This document shows positions 42,227-53,193 of a DNA stretch of 64,000 nt, one piece after another. The translations under genes and the position numbers were made by a program. Each line of letters begins with the position of its first letter. Within the stretch, counting starts at the first letter, position 1. The notes beneath the pieces were generated by a model, which did not search any database, was not told where the DNA came from, and worked only from the letters and a program-made list of their open reading frames with translations. Source of the DNA: a virus (Duplodnaviria > Caudoviricetes); IMG/VR virus record IMGVR_UViG_3300014204_000125, positions 1 to 64,000 of that record; one strand, given 5' to 3'.

Positions 42227-43238
42227 AATTTATCGTCCTTTCAAATCCTTCGAGATACCCCACCTGGGGCTCCCAGCCGAGTTCGCGTTGTATCTTCGAA
42301 CAATCCGGCACGAAATACAAACGAGAATTCGACATTGTTTTTATTTTTTTATTCACTACATTTAATTCGTACTTTGTTGCGATCGATGTAGCAAGCCTCT
42401 GCATCGTAACAGCCGCGCTCGAGTTCCCCACGTTATAGACTGCGGGCTCCCCGGGGGCTGCGAGCAATCTTAAAAATGCAATCGTAGCGTCTCTTAAATA
42501 AAGAAAGGCCCGGGTAGAACATCCGTCGCTATTGAGAACTATATCTCTTTTATTTACCGCCGCCCAGACGAGTTCAGAAAATATTCTGTGATCTTTTTCG
42601 GAAACCCCGGGACCGTAGGTGTGAAATAGCCGAGCAATCTTACAGGGGAATCCAGAGGAAAAGATCATCTGCTCCGCCATTCTTTTGCTTTCGGGATACG
42701 CCGATCTCGCCGCGGCGCAATCGAGCCCGCCGAAATCAGTCTCGTTTGTAAGACAATCCCCTTGTGGCCCTGCCCCATATATTTCCCCAGCGCTTAGAAA
42801 TAAGATGTTCTTTACATTGGGTGTCGCATATTTCAATATTTTGAGAGTGCCTTCAATATTCGGGCGCCATACATTCGCCGCTTTTTTAAAATCAGTCGGC
42901 TTCGCCGGCGATGCGCCATGAATAATATAATCGCAACCAGAAGCGACAATGTCGGACTCGTCTATGTTTTCAACTTTCTTGAAAACGGGTCTAAGTTTCA
43001 TTCCCGGCTGTGGTCTGAACTCATCCACATATTTTATTCTGTCTCGAACCGTCAGAGTCAATAAAGTCTGTAAATCCGGGGTCAAGGTTTCATTCCTATA
43101 AAGAATAAATTTAACGAGATAGGACAAGACAAGCCCGGTCCCGCCCGTTATAAAGACCGACTTCCTATTAAGGAAATTCAACCGCTCGCCTTCCTGTTTT
43201 ATAATTAAATCAAAGTCTTCTTTTAAAATGCTATTCAT
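42204..43238 (-). CDS. NAD-dependent epimerase/dehydratase/reductase (extended SDR)
   Basis: ITGGTGLV, IIHGASPA, YPESK, ARLFHTYGPG. Confidence 0.9.
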   Translation of the reverse strand: MNSILKEDFDLIIKQEGERLNFLNRKSVFITGGTGLVLSYLVKFILYRNETLTPDLQTLLTLTVRDRIKYVDEFRPQPGMKLRPVFKKVENIDESDIVASGCDYIIHGASPAKPTDFKKAANVWRPNIEGTLKILKYATPNVKNILFLSAGEIYGAGPQGDCLTNETDFGGLDCAAARSAYPESKRMAEQMIFSSGFPCKIARLFHTYGPGVSEKDHRIFSELVWAAVNKRDIVLNSDGCSTRAFLYLRDATIAFLRLLAAPGEPAVYNVGNSSAAVTMQRLATSIATKYELNVVNKKIKTMSNSRLYFVPDCSKIQRELGWEPQVGYLEGFERTINYEKERNR

Positions 43239-44154
43239 TTATAAGTCCTTTAACCCTTTCAAGTCCGAGATGTTTTTCTTTATGAAGAAAAATGAAATTG
43301 GTGTTTTCAGTTTGCTCGGTTATCCAATCTATCTGAACCAGTTTCCCGGCTTCTATTATATAACAATTATACCCCAAATCAAAGAAAAAAGATAAAATAC
43401 CGTTATAATGATATCCGAACTTGGCCGTCCACTTACGGAGGATTTCAGTAAACACCATCGGGAGATCGCGCGCAATAGTTTTTTCTCCACCCTTGAATAC
43501 ATTGAGTTCGGCGCCCTCGACATCGCACTTAATAAAATCAACTCTGTACTTATGCGTTTTTACGAACTCGTCCATTTTTCTTACTTTACAGTGTTCAATT
43601 TTCTTGGGAATATCAACTCCAAGATCTTGACTCGAAGCGTTACCCGACCATTCCGGCGAATAATAAAAAGGGATACTTTTATTTTGATCCGATAACCCGC
43701 AATTAAATACCTTGGCGCAACTCCCGTTTAATTTAACATTATAATTGAGCTGAGTGAACGTATTGCAAATAGGTTCAAACGCAACGATCTTCCATTTCTC
43801 TTTTGCCTTATCAACATTAAGGCTGTACCAGCCGATGTTGGCCCCGATGTCAAAGAATGTACCCGAATCCCCAATAAGCGCAAGGATCATGTCAAGTTCG
43901 GCTTCCTCGTAGGTTCCGAAATTAAATATCTCGAGAGGTATTATTCTTTTATCCTCGATATTTACTACCATCCTAACTCTGTTTTTTCTCGAAGTAAAAA
44001 CGACCTCGCCGGCGCTGATATCAATATGAGATATCCCGACATGCCCGAGTTCCTCTGCATATCTGAAAAGAATCCGATGATATTCTTGCATCCTATTAAT
44101 AAACTCGCGTTTATCTATCTGCCCCAGATAGTGTTGATTCTTTATATCTTGCAT
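43231..44154 (-). CDS. FkbM-family methyltransferase
   Basis: FDIGANIGWY, AFEP, DFIKCDVEGAE; start refined to the TGATG overlap. Confidence 0.9.
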   Translation of the reverse strand: MQDIKNQHYLGQIDKREFINRMQEYHRILFRYAEELGHVGISHIDISAGEVVFTSRKNRVRMVVNIEDKRIIPLEIFNFGTYEEAELDMILALIGDSGTFFDIGANIGWYSLNVDKAKEKWKIVAFEPICNTFTQLNYNVKLNGSCAKVFNCGLSDQNKSIPFYYSPEWSGNASSQDLGVDIPKKIEHCKVRKMDEFVKTHKYRVDFIKCDVEGAELNVFKGGEKTIARDLPMVFTEILRKWTAKFGYHYNGILSFFFDLGYNCYIIEAGKLVQIDWITEQTENTNFIFLHKEKHLGLERVKGLINE

Positions 44155-45020
44155 CAAAATCCCTTTATCTTTGAAATAAGAACCAAATATTGATCTTGGC
44201 ATATTATATCATGTTTTAACAACAATGAAAAGCACATCAAGGCTTGCGTAGGCGCGATATTTATTTTCCACTCATTCGAAGCATCCGCAGCACTGCCGGC
44301 CCACCAACCCGTCATGAGTTCTCTAAAGAGTTCTGGCTTCAAATTTCGGCACGCGCAGACGAATCCGTATAAGGAATACACATACCCGTTGGGGGTAAAG
44401 ATCGGGGCCGCCTGTTTCTGAATAAAGTAATCCAAATTTTCGAGACAATATGTCTGAACACATTTATCTTTCGCTGATTCAAATATCATTGAGAGTTGGG
44501 CGAAGCGAGTAAAAAGGTTATCGAAAAAAACAGGAGCATGTTTTAAATAGTGTCTTGAATATATGACATTACTTATTTTACCTAAACCAAAATTTAAAAA
44601 CCTAACGAATTCATCCTGAGTCCAGCCTTGTTTTTCCGAATGCTGTGGTAACAAAGTCACTGGGAAATAAATCAAATTTTCCTGAAGATGTATAGGGAGA
44701 TCCTTGAGATAGGCAAGAACTTTTTTAACCGCTCCGGGTTTCAGTGTATCATCATCGCTCAAAAGCCAAAAATAAATCCCAATATCTTGAGCGAAAGCAC
44801 CCGAGTAATTACCTTCCGCGCCGATGTTCTCGGAATGATCAATATACTTAATCGGATATAATCCTCTTGCGAAGTCTTTGGGAGAGCCGTTATTGGAAAC
44901 GATAACTTCCAAGAGATCCCTTTCGGTTTCATCGAGCCCCCAAAAGATAGACTCGATCTGTTTCCACAAAAGATCTCCCCTGTTATATGTTGGGATATAA
45001 ATCGTGAGAAGTTTATTCAT
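44154..45020 (-). CDS. Glycosyltransferase family 2
   Basis: LTIYIPTYNR, ENIGAEGN, WLLSDDD. Confidence 0.9.
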   Translation of the reverse strand: MNKLLTIYIPTYNRGDLLWKQIESIFWGLDETERDLLEVIVSNNGSPKDFARGLYPIKYIDHSENIGAEGNYSGAFAQDIGIYFWLLSDDDTLKPGAVKKVLAYLKDLPIHLQENLIYFPVTLLPQHSEKQGWTQDEFVRFLNFGLGKISNVIYSRHYLKHAPVFFDNLFTRFAQLSMIFESAKDKCVQTYCLENLDYFIQKQAAPIFTPNGYVYSLYGFVCACRNLKPELFRELMTGWWAGSAADASNEWKINIAPTQALMCFSLLLKHDIICQDQYLVLISKIKGF

Positions 45021-46832
45021 AATTCCAATCCTTTATGTACATCTCACGCTTAATATCTATCTTGGGGGTCATGTCTTCGAGGGGCGGGGATACCATTGTC
45101 CCGTCCGGACGTTTACTCGAAACCGTCTTGGGCCAGAATTTCTGTTCCGGATTCATTTTGATTTCGATAAGCATCGGCCCCGGCGCCGCGAATATTCTCG
45201 GGAAAGCCTTTATCAAATCGCCTTCGTTATCGAAACAATCGTACTGCATATCGAACGCCATAGAGACCCAATCCAGACGAGGCAGAGTGAGCCCACTCTT
45301 CTTATCGCACCCCACCCTATGTCCGTTGAAATAAAGATCCTGGGTATGCTTTATACTGAGATAACCCTGATTATTGAAAACGAAAAGTTTTAAAGGAATT
45401 TTGTGGAACTTGACGGTTTGGAGTTCCTGCAAATTCAACATAAGCCCGCCGTCCCCGTGTACGCACACGAGATTTTTTCTCGAACCGTTTCTTCCGAAAT
45501 GTGCCCCGATCGCCGCGGGGAGCCCATAGCCCATTGGCGAGAACCCGCCGTTGGTAAATATATGCTGATCCTTTTTTACTTGGAAAGTGACGTTGTATCC
45601 ATAGAAAGCGGCGCCCTGATCCGTTACCATTATGTCCCCGGGAGCCATTGCCTGAGAAAGCGAATGGTAAAACGAATACGAATTAATAAACCCGTCTTCG
45701 TGATGAACGTAGGGGTCATACTCTTTGAGAGGAGCGAATTTTAATGAGCCCCGCCAGTCTTGAATTTTCTTTAGCCATGATTTTCTCTCGCGAGCGCAAA
45801 TAGGAAACACCAAGTCTTTAACCCTGTCGAAAAACATATTGAGATCGGACAGAATAATGTATTCAGGTTTGAATTTCTTGAAATTTTCATTCAAGACATG
45901 GGGATCCGCATCTACGATCGCGATCTTCGCGTTTCTTCCGAACGCTTTAAAATTATATCCCGTTGTGGGCTGGGACAGGCGCGCGCCCAAGACAAGGATA
46001 AAGTCTGCATTCTGCACCGCGATATTCCCGCAACGCTGTCCGTTTACCCCAATCCGGCCGGCAAGGAGAGGGTTATATTCTGTAATCAAATCAAATCCAA
46101 GCTTTGTTGTAACTATAGGAATCTGAAAGAGTTCAGCGTAATGCAGTGCTTTCACTTGAGTTCCTGAAAGTTTAACTCCATGACCTAAAACTATAATCGG
46201 GCGTTTCGCCTCCGCAAGCCCTTTTGTAATAAGTTTCGGATTATCCAACTGGGCTTTCATTTCGGAAACCGACATCAACCAATCCCGTTTTAATTCAACC
46301 CCGGACAAGGATATATCTTTGCTCTGAATATCAATCGGGATATCACAACCCATACCGGGCCGGGGCGTCCCGTAGTCGCCTTGTCATACGCGATCTGCAT
46401 TATGGTTTCAATTTCATTTGCATCCCGGACTGTAATTGCATATTTCGTTATTGGCGCCACCAGACTCGTAATATTGACTTCATGCACCCCGCGCTGTCGC
46501 AGTCCCGTCTGATCAATAAGCCATTGCGAATTCGACTGCCCGGAAATAATTATCATCGGGATTGAGTCGTTCCATGCACACGCAACCCCAGTGATCGCGT
46601 TTGTAGCTGCGGGGCCCGTGGTTACGAGCGCGCACCCGAGTCGATTGGAAATACGCTGATACCCTTCCGCGGCCATTACCGCGGCTTGTTCGTGGTGGCA
46701 GCATATATGTTCGAGTTGAGGATGATTGCCCAAGGAATCGATTAAGTGCATCCCGCCGCCGCCGGCTACCATGAATACTTTTTCGCATCCCCGTTTCGCG
46801 ATGAAGTCAATTACATAATCTGAAAGTTTCAA
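45013..46832 (-). pseudogene. ThDP-dependent acetolactate-synthase-like enzyme (YerE-like), frameshifted near 46345
   Basis: The N-terminal ORF (HHEQAA, TTGP, PGPVWV) and C-terminal ORF (DIPIDIQ, MGYGLPAAIGA, GDGG..NN) join if 2 nt are removed from GTT GT GAT. Confidence 0.88.
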
Positions 46833-47551
46833 ATGCCCATCTCCTTAATCCGATTCTCCTGCATCCCCAGAAGCATATCTGAATCCACCCCAATACAAAA
46901 CACATTAACCCCGCACTCGAAAAGAATTACCTTCTCTCGGAGCGATGTAGCCATAGCAATTAAAGGTATTTTCAAACCCCGACATAACAACCCGATTTCG
47001 TATAAGAACTTGAGAGACTGTGCAGAATAAAGTTCTTTTTCTCCCAGATCGATCATCATATCGTAGGCCCCATAGTAAATAAAATCGCTATCTTCGACTA
47101 TGCCTTGAAAATTAGCAAAACCCAAGGCGCTTTCGATAATTGAACCCACAAGGTTCGGAGAGTTACCTTCTGATTTCACATAAGAATTGCCCGGACAATA
47201 CGGCGAATAACTCCGAGTCCCGTTCGGGGGATAATTCGCATAGTTTCTTATTTTTTGAATCGTTTTCCTCGACTCAACACCTGAAACGAGAAGTCCGGAC
47301 GCACCAGAGTCAAAAATATTACAAACAAGGCTCCCCGAAACATCCGCGGGAACCCGAACAAAAGCATTCGTCTTTTCGTCTATCTCTGAAACCAAATGTC
47401 CTATCTCGTTATACGAAATCCTGCCGTGTTCCCCGTCTATCAGAAGAAAATCCATTTGGTTCCGCGGAGTCTTCGAAAGAATACGGCCGGATTCGGCGTG
47501 GGTGATCCACATTGTTTTTCCAGGATTCTTTTGATTAAACACGCGGTACAT
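46829..47551 (-). CDS. HpcH/HpaI-family aldolase
   Basis: DFLLIDGEHG, VRVP, YPPNGTRSYSP, IIES, YGAYD. Confidence 0.85.
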   Translation of the reverse strand: MYRVFNQKNPGKTMWITHAESGRILSKTPRNQMDFLLIDGEHGRISYNEIGHLVSEIDEKTNAFVRVPADVSGSLVCNIFDSGASGLLVSGVESRKTIQKIRNYANYPPNGTRSYSPYCPGNSYVKSEGNSPNLVGSIIESALGFANFQGIVEDSDFIYYGAYDMMIDLGEKELYSAQSLKFLYEIGLLCRGLKIPLIAMATSLREKVILFECGVNVFCIGVDSDMLLGMQENRIKEMGI

Positions 47552-48521
47552 CCTTTATCAACTCGCTTATTTTATCCTCGTCATAATTTACAGGGAGTTC
47601 TTTCTGAACCCGGAAAAGAATCTCTTCCCGCCAGATTTCGTCCACATTATTATCGTCTAAGTAGTCCGCATAATAAGGATGGACCCCGGCGATCCCGGCT
47701 TCTAAAGTGTTTGTATTGTATCCCCAATAAAAATCTTCTTTCATCCTATAAAAATGAGAATTGATAAGTTTAAGATAAGGAACATCCCAATATTTATTAA
47801 TGCCTTCCCTGCGAAGATGTCGTATTAAAAGTTCTATAGGAAGATTGCCTCCCCCACGACCCATCCCATAAACAGAGGCATCTATGCCATAGGGGGATTC
47901 AGTTTTCAATAACTTGAGGACATTCGCGAATGCAAGTTGGGTATTATTGTGAGCGTGGAAATTAACCCTTGAAAACCCGAGATCCCGGAGTTTCAAATAA
48001 CAATACAGAACTTCTTCGGGAAGCATTGATCCAAAACTGTCCGCGAAAGTAATCGCTTCTATGCTATCTTTGAAATCCTGAGTGAGCCGGCTGAGATATT
48101 TGAGATCGGAGTTCTGGAAACGGCAGAAACCCATAAGACTTAAAAAGACCTTGTAGCCTCTCAGAATAAGTCCTGGGATAAGGTTCAAAGCGATATCGAT
48201 ATTATGAGAATACGTCGCGAGCCTAATATATTTAAACTGGCTGTTTTCAGCCTTTGTCCAGTCTATTTCCGTATTGCGATCGCAGTCTATCATTCCGATT
48301 ATTTTACACTTTTGAGTCTCAATATCTTCGAGTCCGTGATTTCCATTTAACTTCATTTTACCATAAAAACCACGATCCAGTTTGTTCGAAATATATCCGA
48401 GTTCAAAAAAATCTACCCCAGCCTGAGTCGCGGCGTGGTATGTTTTACGGACGAGTTCATCAGAGAATTCCCAATTATTCGTGTGACCCCCATCTCGAAT
48501 TGTGCAATCGGTGATTATCAT
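47535..48521 (-). CDS. HMGL-like (DRE-TIM) aldolase
   Basis: DCTIRDGG, ADSFGSM, FHAHNN, GMGRGGGN. Confidence 0.88.
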   Translation of the reverse strand: MIITDCTIRDGGHTNNWEFSDELVRKTYHAATQAGVDFFELGYISNKLDRGFYGKMKLNGNHGLEDIETQKCKIIGMIDCDRNTEIDWTKAENSQFKYIRLATYSHNIDIALNLIPGLILRGYKVFLSLMGFCRFQNSDLKYLSRLTQDFKDSIEAITFADSFGSMLPEEVLYCYLKLRDLGFSRVNFHAHNNTQLAFANVLKLLKTESPYGIDASVYGMGRGGGNLPIELLIRHLRREGINKYWDVPYLKLINSHFYRMKEDFYWGYNTNTLEAGIAGVHPYYADYLDDNNVDEIWREEILFRVQKELPVNYDEDKISELIKDVPRV

Positions 48522-49297
48522 TTCGAAACCTCAATCTTTAACTCGGAAAGACTTGAAACGATCCCGTGACAGTACGGGACAAGATGGCTTGCCGGAGTGT
48601 TGCCTGTGGTAACTCCAAGGCATTTACCCCGAAAACTCATTCCTATTTTCATATCGCCGCAAGTATCCCCAATAAAGAGGCAGTTTTCTGGTTTAATATT
48701 TTCTTTTGTAAGAAAATTCAAAGATAAGATTTGTTTGGATATTTTCTCTGGGCCTACTCCGTAAGAGACAGAATAGTGCTCTCCGAAATCGAAAATATGC
48801 CGGCACGCTTCCGTATTTCTGACATCATCCATAGATATTATTGCAATAGGAATCAGCGCATCTTTCGAAATCTTTTTCAGTCTATTCGCAAATAACCTGG
48901 CGCCAGGAACGGGCTGAATTATTTTCTTAAAATCAGCCGAAGATAAAGAAGAATGGACATATTTGAAAATCCTGTCTATTTCGTAATATGAAGCGCTATA
49001 TCCGCGTTTACAAAGACTAAGAATAACGCTCGCAATAACTGCTTCCCTACTATATCTTCCCACCGGGCCGTCTTCGAATAAAACGTCACGAACCGTATTA
49101 AGTCCCATCGAGGTGCAGGTGATTTTTTTTTCGATATTGGCCTTTAATCCGATATCATATATTTTATGAATCTCTTCCGCGCGGCGCCGGATAATTGCGC
49201 CCCAATAAATGTCGGAGTCGATAAGAGTTCCGTCTTTATCGAATATAATGGCTTCAATATTTTTGAAAACATATTTCCCGGCTTTTATATCGATCAT
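48518..49297 (-). CDS. HAD-family hydrolase/phosphatase
   Basis: IFDKDGTL, FIGDTCGD, GVTTG. Confidence 0.88.
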   Translation of the reverse strand: MIDIKAGKYVFKNIEAIIFDKDGTLIDSDIYWGAIIRRRAEEIHKIYDIGLKANIEKKITCTSMGLNTVRDVLFEDGPVGRYSREAVIASVILSLCKRGYSASYYEIDRIFKYVHSSLSSADFKKIIQPVPGARLFANRLKKISKDALIPIAIISMDDVRNTEACRHIFDFGEHYSVSYGVGPEKISKQILSLNFLTKENIKPENCLFIGDTCGDMKIGMSFRGKCLGVTTGNTPASHLVPYCHGIVSSLSELKIEVSK

Positions 49298-49305
49298 TTC
49301 ATCTC

Positions 49306-50325
49306 CTATATACTCGCCACGAGTGGGCGAACTTTATTTACGACTTCATCGAATATTTCTCTCTGATTATACAGGTCTTCGTATCTTAAATCAAGATGTT
49401 CTTTAAAATACTTTTGCACGAGATGGCGCGCATAAGATCCGACCGAGACCCCGTGATAATTTATACCCATCATCCGCGCAAGCCAGCCCGTTCTTGCGTT
49501 GGTGCCGCCCGAAAGGAGTAAATACGCCTTGGCGTTCATGCGATCGAATAATTGCGCGCTCGCGAGAGCCTGAAGAGTTGTAGATTCATCATTGTCGCAA
49601 CCACTCATAGGATTCCCGTCAGCCTGAATTATTGTTGACCAATCCTCCCGGCCTTTCAATGCTTTCGAAATACGATCGACAAAATCGAGATCTCCGGAGT
49701 GCTTCCGGTCTATGCAATAACTCAACATGCCTCCCGGGAATAAACTTTGAAGTTCATTCCAACCCTGTATTACTTCGTCTGTCTTGGGCGATACGGCATG
49801 ATACTCGATCGAATCGATCCCCATCTCAACAAGCGGCGGGATTATCTCGGAAAACTTTCGGGTGGAGTAATGCGCGATCAGAGCGTTACTTTTACAGACT
49901 TCATGACATTTTCCACAGCCGATACACTTATGGTCTGAGACATCGAGAGGGCAGTTAAATAAATTATTAAATCGATACCCTATTGCTTCCTGAGGGCATA
50001 CTTTTACGCACTCTTTACAGTCCGAACACAGGGTATGGTCAATCGCGAACTTGCGAACATGGGGATCCCCTTTGATCCCGACGCTGACATTTATGAAACT
50101 CATATAGTCTGAAATATTCGCAAAACGTAATCCCGCCTTAGTCGCCTCAACGACTTCCGGATATGCAGCAACATCGAAATATCGTACCCCTGCAATAGCG
50201 TATATTGCAGTCATAACCTTGACTTCTTCCAAATTAGAATTACCCGCACCACATACAAGTTTAAAAACCTTACCCTGCTTAAAATGTTTCTGGAGTTCCA
50301 CCTTAGAGCGCGAAGCGTTAAACAT
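49306..50325 (-). CDS. LdpA-like 2x[4Fe-4S] protein
   Basis: FKLVCGAGN, GDPHVRK, CSDCKECVKVCP, CIGCGKCHEVC, QADGNPMSG, LSGGTN. Confidence 0.8.
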   Translation of the reverse strand: MFNASRSKVELQKHFKQGKVFKLVCGAGNSNLEEVKVMTAIYAIAGVRYFDVAAYPEVVEATKAGLRFANISDYMSFINVSVGIKGDPHVRKFAIDHTLCSDCKECVKVCPQEAIGYRFNNLFNCPLDVSDHKCIGCGKCHEVCKSNALIAHYSTRKFSEIIPPLVEMGIDSIEYHAVSPKTDEVIQGWNELQSLFPGGMLSYCIDRKHSGDLDFVDRISKALKGREDWSTIIQADGNPMSGCDNDESTTLQALASAQLFDRMNAKAYLLLSGGTNARTGWLARMMGINYHGVSVGSYARHLVQKYFKEHLDLRYEDLYNQREIFDEVVNKVRPLVASI

Positions 50326-51475
50326 CTATAAACTCCTTTATCTGTTTCTGGGTTAATTTCAAAGCGGCGTCCGGGCTTTTCTTGTACGCTTTTACCCATG
50401 TCACGAACATCTCAAGAGCCATATCAAGTTTTATTCTGGGGCGCCAACCAAGAACTCTCTTGGCCTTTGTACTGTCGATATCTAAGAAAGAAGTGTCGCT
50501 GGTCGGATGCGATTCATAATGAGAATAATGAAACCACTTCTTGTTCTTCAAAATAACGCTTAATTTATCCGCTATTTCTCCGATAGTCGTGCAATCTTCA
50601 GTGTCGGGGCCGAAGTTAAATTCTTTCCACCATCCCAAGGGGTCTCCATATTGAGAAAAACTGTCCATACAATGTTTTAAATGCTCAGAAAAATTTTCGT
50701 TATAGAGTTCTTCAGCAACAAAAAGATATCCTTCAAGCGCGGATAAAACGTGTTGCCACGGACGCACGGAAAAAAGCGATTTGAACTCTACTACTTTGTT
50801 CGATATCAAACCTTTCATCATATCCGCGAAAAGTCTGTTCTGCGCCCAGTCTCCGCCGCCGAATACATTGCCAGCGCGCACGGAACTCAAGTGATTATTT
50901 AACCCGGTCATTGTGCCATAACTTTTATTCAAAATTTCACAACACGCCTTGCTCGCGTCGTAGGGTTTATAAGGCACCATTGAATCCCTTTCACGCCGAC
51001 GCTCCCAAGGTCTTGAATCAAAGTTATCGTACACTTTATCTGTCGTAATCATTACGGCCGCAAAATGAGAACATTCGCCGGGGCCTTTGCGATACTGGGC
51101 CAGAGCATCGAGTAAATTCAAATTTGCCATGATATTATTTTCAAAAGTAAAATGCGGATTCTCCCAAGCCGCGGATACAATGGGCTGTGCCGCGAGATGA
51201 ATCACCACATCGGGCTTCCATCTATTTAATAGTCCCAAGATATCTTTCGGGCAACTTTGGCTTAAATTATATCCGTAAAAATGTTCCTGAATACAATTTA
51301 CTATGTCAAGGGATTGAAACATATTAGGAGCAGAAGGGAATTCATTCGACATCCCATATATCTTCGCGCCCAACTCGTGAAGCATCAGGCACAGCCAGGA
51401 GCCCTTGAATCCGGTATGCCCCGTTACCAATATCCGTTTGCCCTTCCAAAACTTTCTGTCTAATTGCCTCCCCAT
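50318..51475 (-). CDS. rfbG: CDP-glucose 4,6-dehydratase
   Basis: FWKGKRILVTGHTGFKGSWL, HLAAQP, TTDKVY, RAGNVFGGGDW, RPWQHVL. Confidence 0.95.
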   Translation of the reverse strand: MGRQLDRKFWKGKRILVTGHTGFKGSWLCLMLHELGAKIYGMSNEFPSAPNMFQSLDIVNCIQEHFYGYNLSQSCPKDILGLLNRWKPDVVIHLAAQPIVSAAWENPHFTFENNIMANLNLLDALAQYRKGPGECSHFAAVMITTDKVYDNFDSRPWERRRERDSMVPYKPYDASKACCEILNKSYGTMTGLNNHLSSVRAGNVFGGGDWAQNRLFADMMKGLISNKVVEFKSLFSVRPWQHVLSALEGYLFVAEELYNENFSEHLKHCMDSFSQYGDPLGWWKEFNFGPDTEDCTTIGEIADKLSVILKNKKWFHYSHYESHPTSDTSFLDIDSTKAKRVLGWRPRIKLDMALEMFVTWVKAYKKSPDAALKLTQKQIKEFIDV

Positions 51476-52416
51476 AACTCACACTCCCTCGCTATTGTAT
51501 TCACCCAATTCTCCGCCGAGAATATTTTACCCCGCCCCGCGACCCATTCGAATATCGCATCTATTTTCCTGTTGTATTCGTCATTACTCATAAACGCTAA
51601 ATCGGAAACCACATCGTCTACACTGAATTTATTTAAGTCGATAAAACATTCTTTCGGAATATAATCTAACACATCCGGGGCGCCTTTGTAAAGCGGAATT
51701 GTAAGGGACAAAAGACAGTCGATTATCTTCTCGGAAATATAGCCGGGACAAATGCAATTTTCATAAGCGAGCGCAAATCTGTATTTTGAAAGGACATCAA
51801 TTTTTCTTTCCACGGGGCCTTGGTAAAAAGGAAAGTTTTCCTTTTCCCATCCCTGTCCGTATAAATGAAATTTATTGTAATTATTGCCAAGCCAAAATAT
51901 ATCCTGCATCCTCTTGGTGTAAAGAGTTGGGAATAAAGACGAATCGTTTTGTTTATTCCCGAAAATAGCGCACATAAAACGAGTCTTACGGATCGCGTTA
52001 AATTTCTCCGTTATTCTCCATTTATTAGGCAAAAAGACTTGAACCCCATTGGGAATTTTCTTTAAAATATCAGTGCGATATGTAAATACTTTTTCGAACC
52101 ACTCGTGATGAAGTTCTCCAATATTATGCGTATAACCATTCCATATCGGGGATTCAAATGTAAGAAGAAACTTGCGAGCCCTCATAGGATATCTGATTGC
52201 GCTATCCCCGGACCTGGCATCACTTAAAAATAAAACGTCAACTTCGTCGGGATGTGAATAGCGATCTAAAGTGTCGCATCTATGACCCATTGAATTTGCC
52301 ATTTCTTTAAATAATATTAGAGGATATAAAAGAGAATCTCCTATGGAAACATTTTCGTTTTCAAACATTCTATTGTTGTTGAAATAAGCATCCGCACAGT
52401 GAAATGCAATATTCAT
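51460..52416 (-). CDS. Glycosyltransferase family 10 (fucosyltransferase-like)
   Basis: YRFALAYEN...GYISEKI...IPLYKGAP..IPKECFID. Confidence 0.85.
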   Translation of the reverse strand: MNIAFHCADAYFNNNRMFENENVSIGDSLLYPLILFKEMANSMGHRCDTLDRYSHPDEVDVLFLSDARSGDSAIRYPMRARKFLLTFESPIWNGYTHNIGELHHEWFEKVFTYRTDILKKIPNGVQVFLPNKWRITEKFNAIRKTRFMCAIFGNKQNDSSLFPTLYTKRMQDIFWLGNNYNKFHLYGQGWEKENFPFYQGPVERKIDVLSKYRFALAYENCICPGYISEKIIDCLLSLTIPLYKGAPDVLDYIPKECFIDLNKFSVDDVVSDLAFMSNDEYNRKIDAIFEWVAGRGKIFSAENWVNTIARECELWGGN

Positions 52417-53193
52417 TTATATATCCCCCGAATAGCCAGTGCGCCATTTATCCGCGTACGCATCGAGTCCAGGGCATAGCGTGATCCCGGCGATAAAAGT
52501 TAATAAGTCGGCTTGAATATTCAAAAGTTCTGGCATTGTAATCGGAACTGCAAAGGTAGGACGATTCGGCTGACAGTCAACTAATCGGATCTGTCCGTTT
52601 GTCCATACTTGTTCGTATTCAGAAGCCGAAGCGAGCCCAACCGCAAGCGTGTAGCCTATCATATATCTTAAATGCGACTGGCTCTCTGCAAAGCCGATAT
52701 TAAAAAGAGATCTTTTAAATATTAATCCAGAAATCCAAGTGCAATGCGTGACAAGGTATTTAGGGCAACTCAAAGATTTTAGTTTAATAAACTCCTGATA
52801 ATTCGCGTATCTTTTTTCTTCCATATCGTGATGAGGCAGAATCATCAGCCCATAAACCCCATCCCTTAAATGTTGATATAAGTTTTGAATTAAACTTCCA
52901 ACAATGATATCGTCATCGCCGAGAAGCCAAACATAATCTCCCTTGGCCCATTTGACGCACTCGATATAGTTCTTTTCCGCACCAATGTTTTCCCCGTTAT
53001 ATTTATAGACAATCCCATACTGGAGTGCCGTTTTTATATTGGCCTCCCGAACTTCAAGTTTATCCGAATTATCCGAAATTAATATTTCGTTACCCTCGAG
53101 TTGCCAGCCCGGGAGCGCGCGCATGAGAGATTCCACGCACACCCTTAAATTAGCCGGCCGGTTATATGTCGGAATACAAATACTTAAAAGCAT
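52417..53193 (-). CDS. Glycosyltransferase family 2
   Basis: LSICIPTYNR, ISDN, ENIGAEKN, WLLGDDD. Confidence 0.9.
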   Translation of the reverse strand: MLLSICIPTYNRPANLRVCVESLMRALPGWQLEGNEILISDNSDKLEVREANIKTALQYGIVYKYNGENIGAEKNYIECVKWAKGDYVWLLGDDDIIVGSLIQNLYQHLRDGVYGLMILPHHDMEEKRYANYQEFIKLKSLSCPKYLVTHCTWISGLIFKRSLFNIGFAESQSHLRYMIGYTLAVGLASASEYEQVWTNGQIRLVDCQPNRPTFAVPITMPELLNIQADLLTFIAGITLCPGLDAYADKWRTGYSGDI

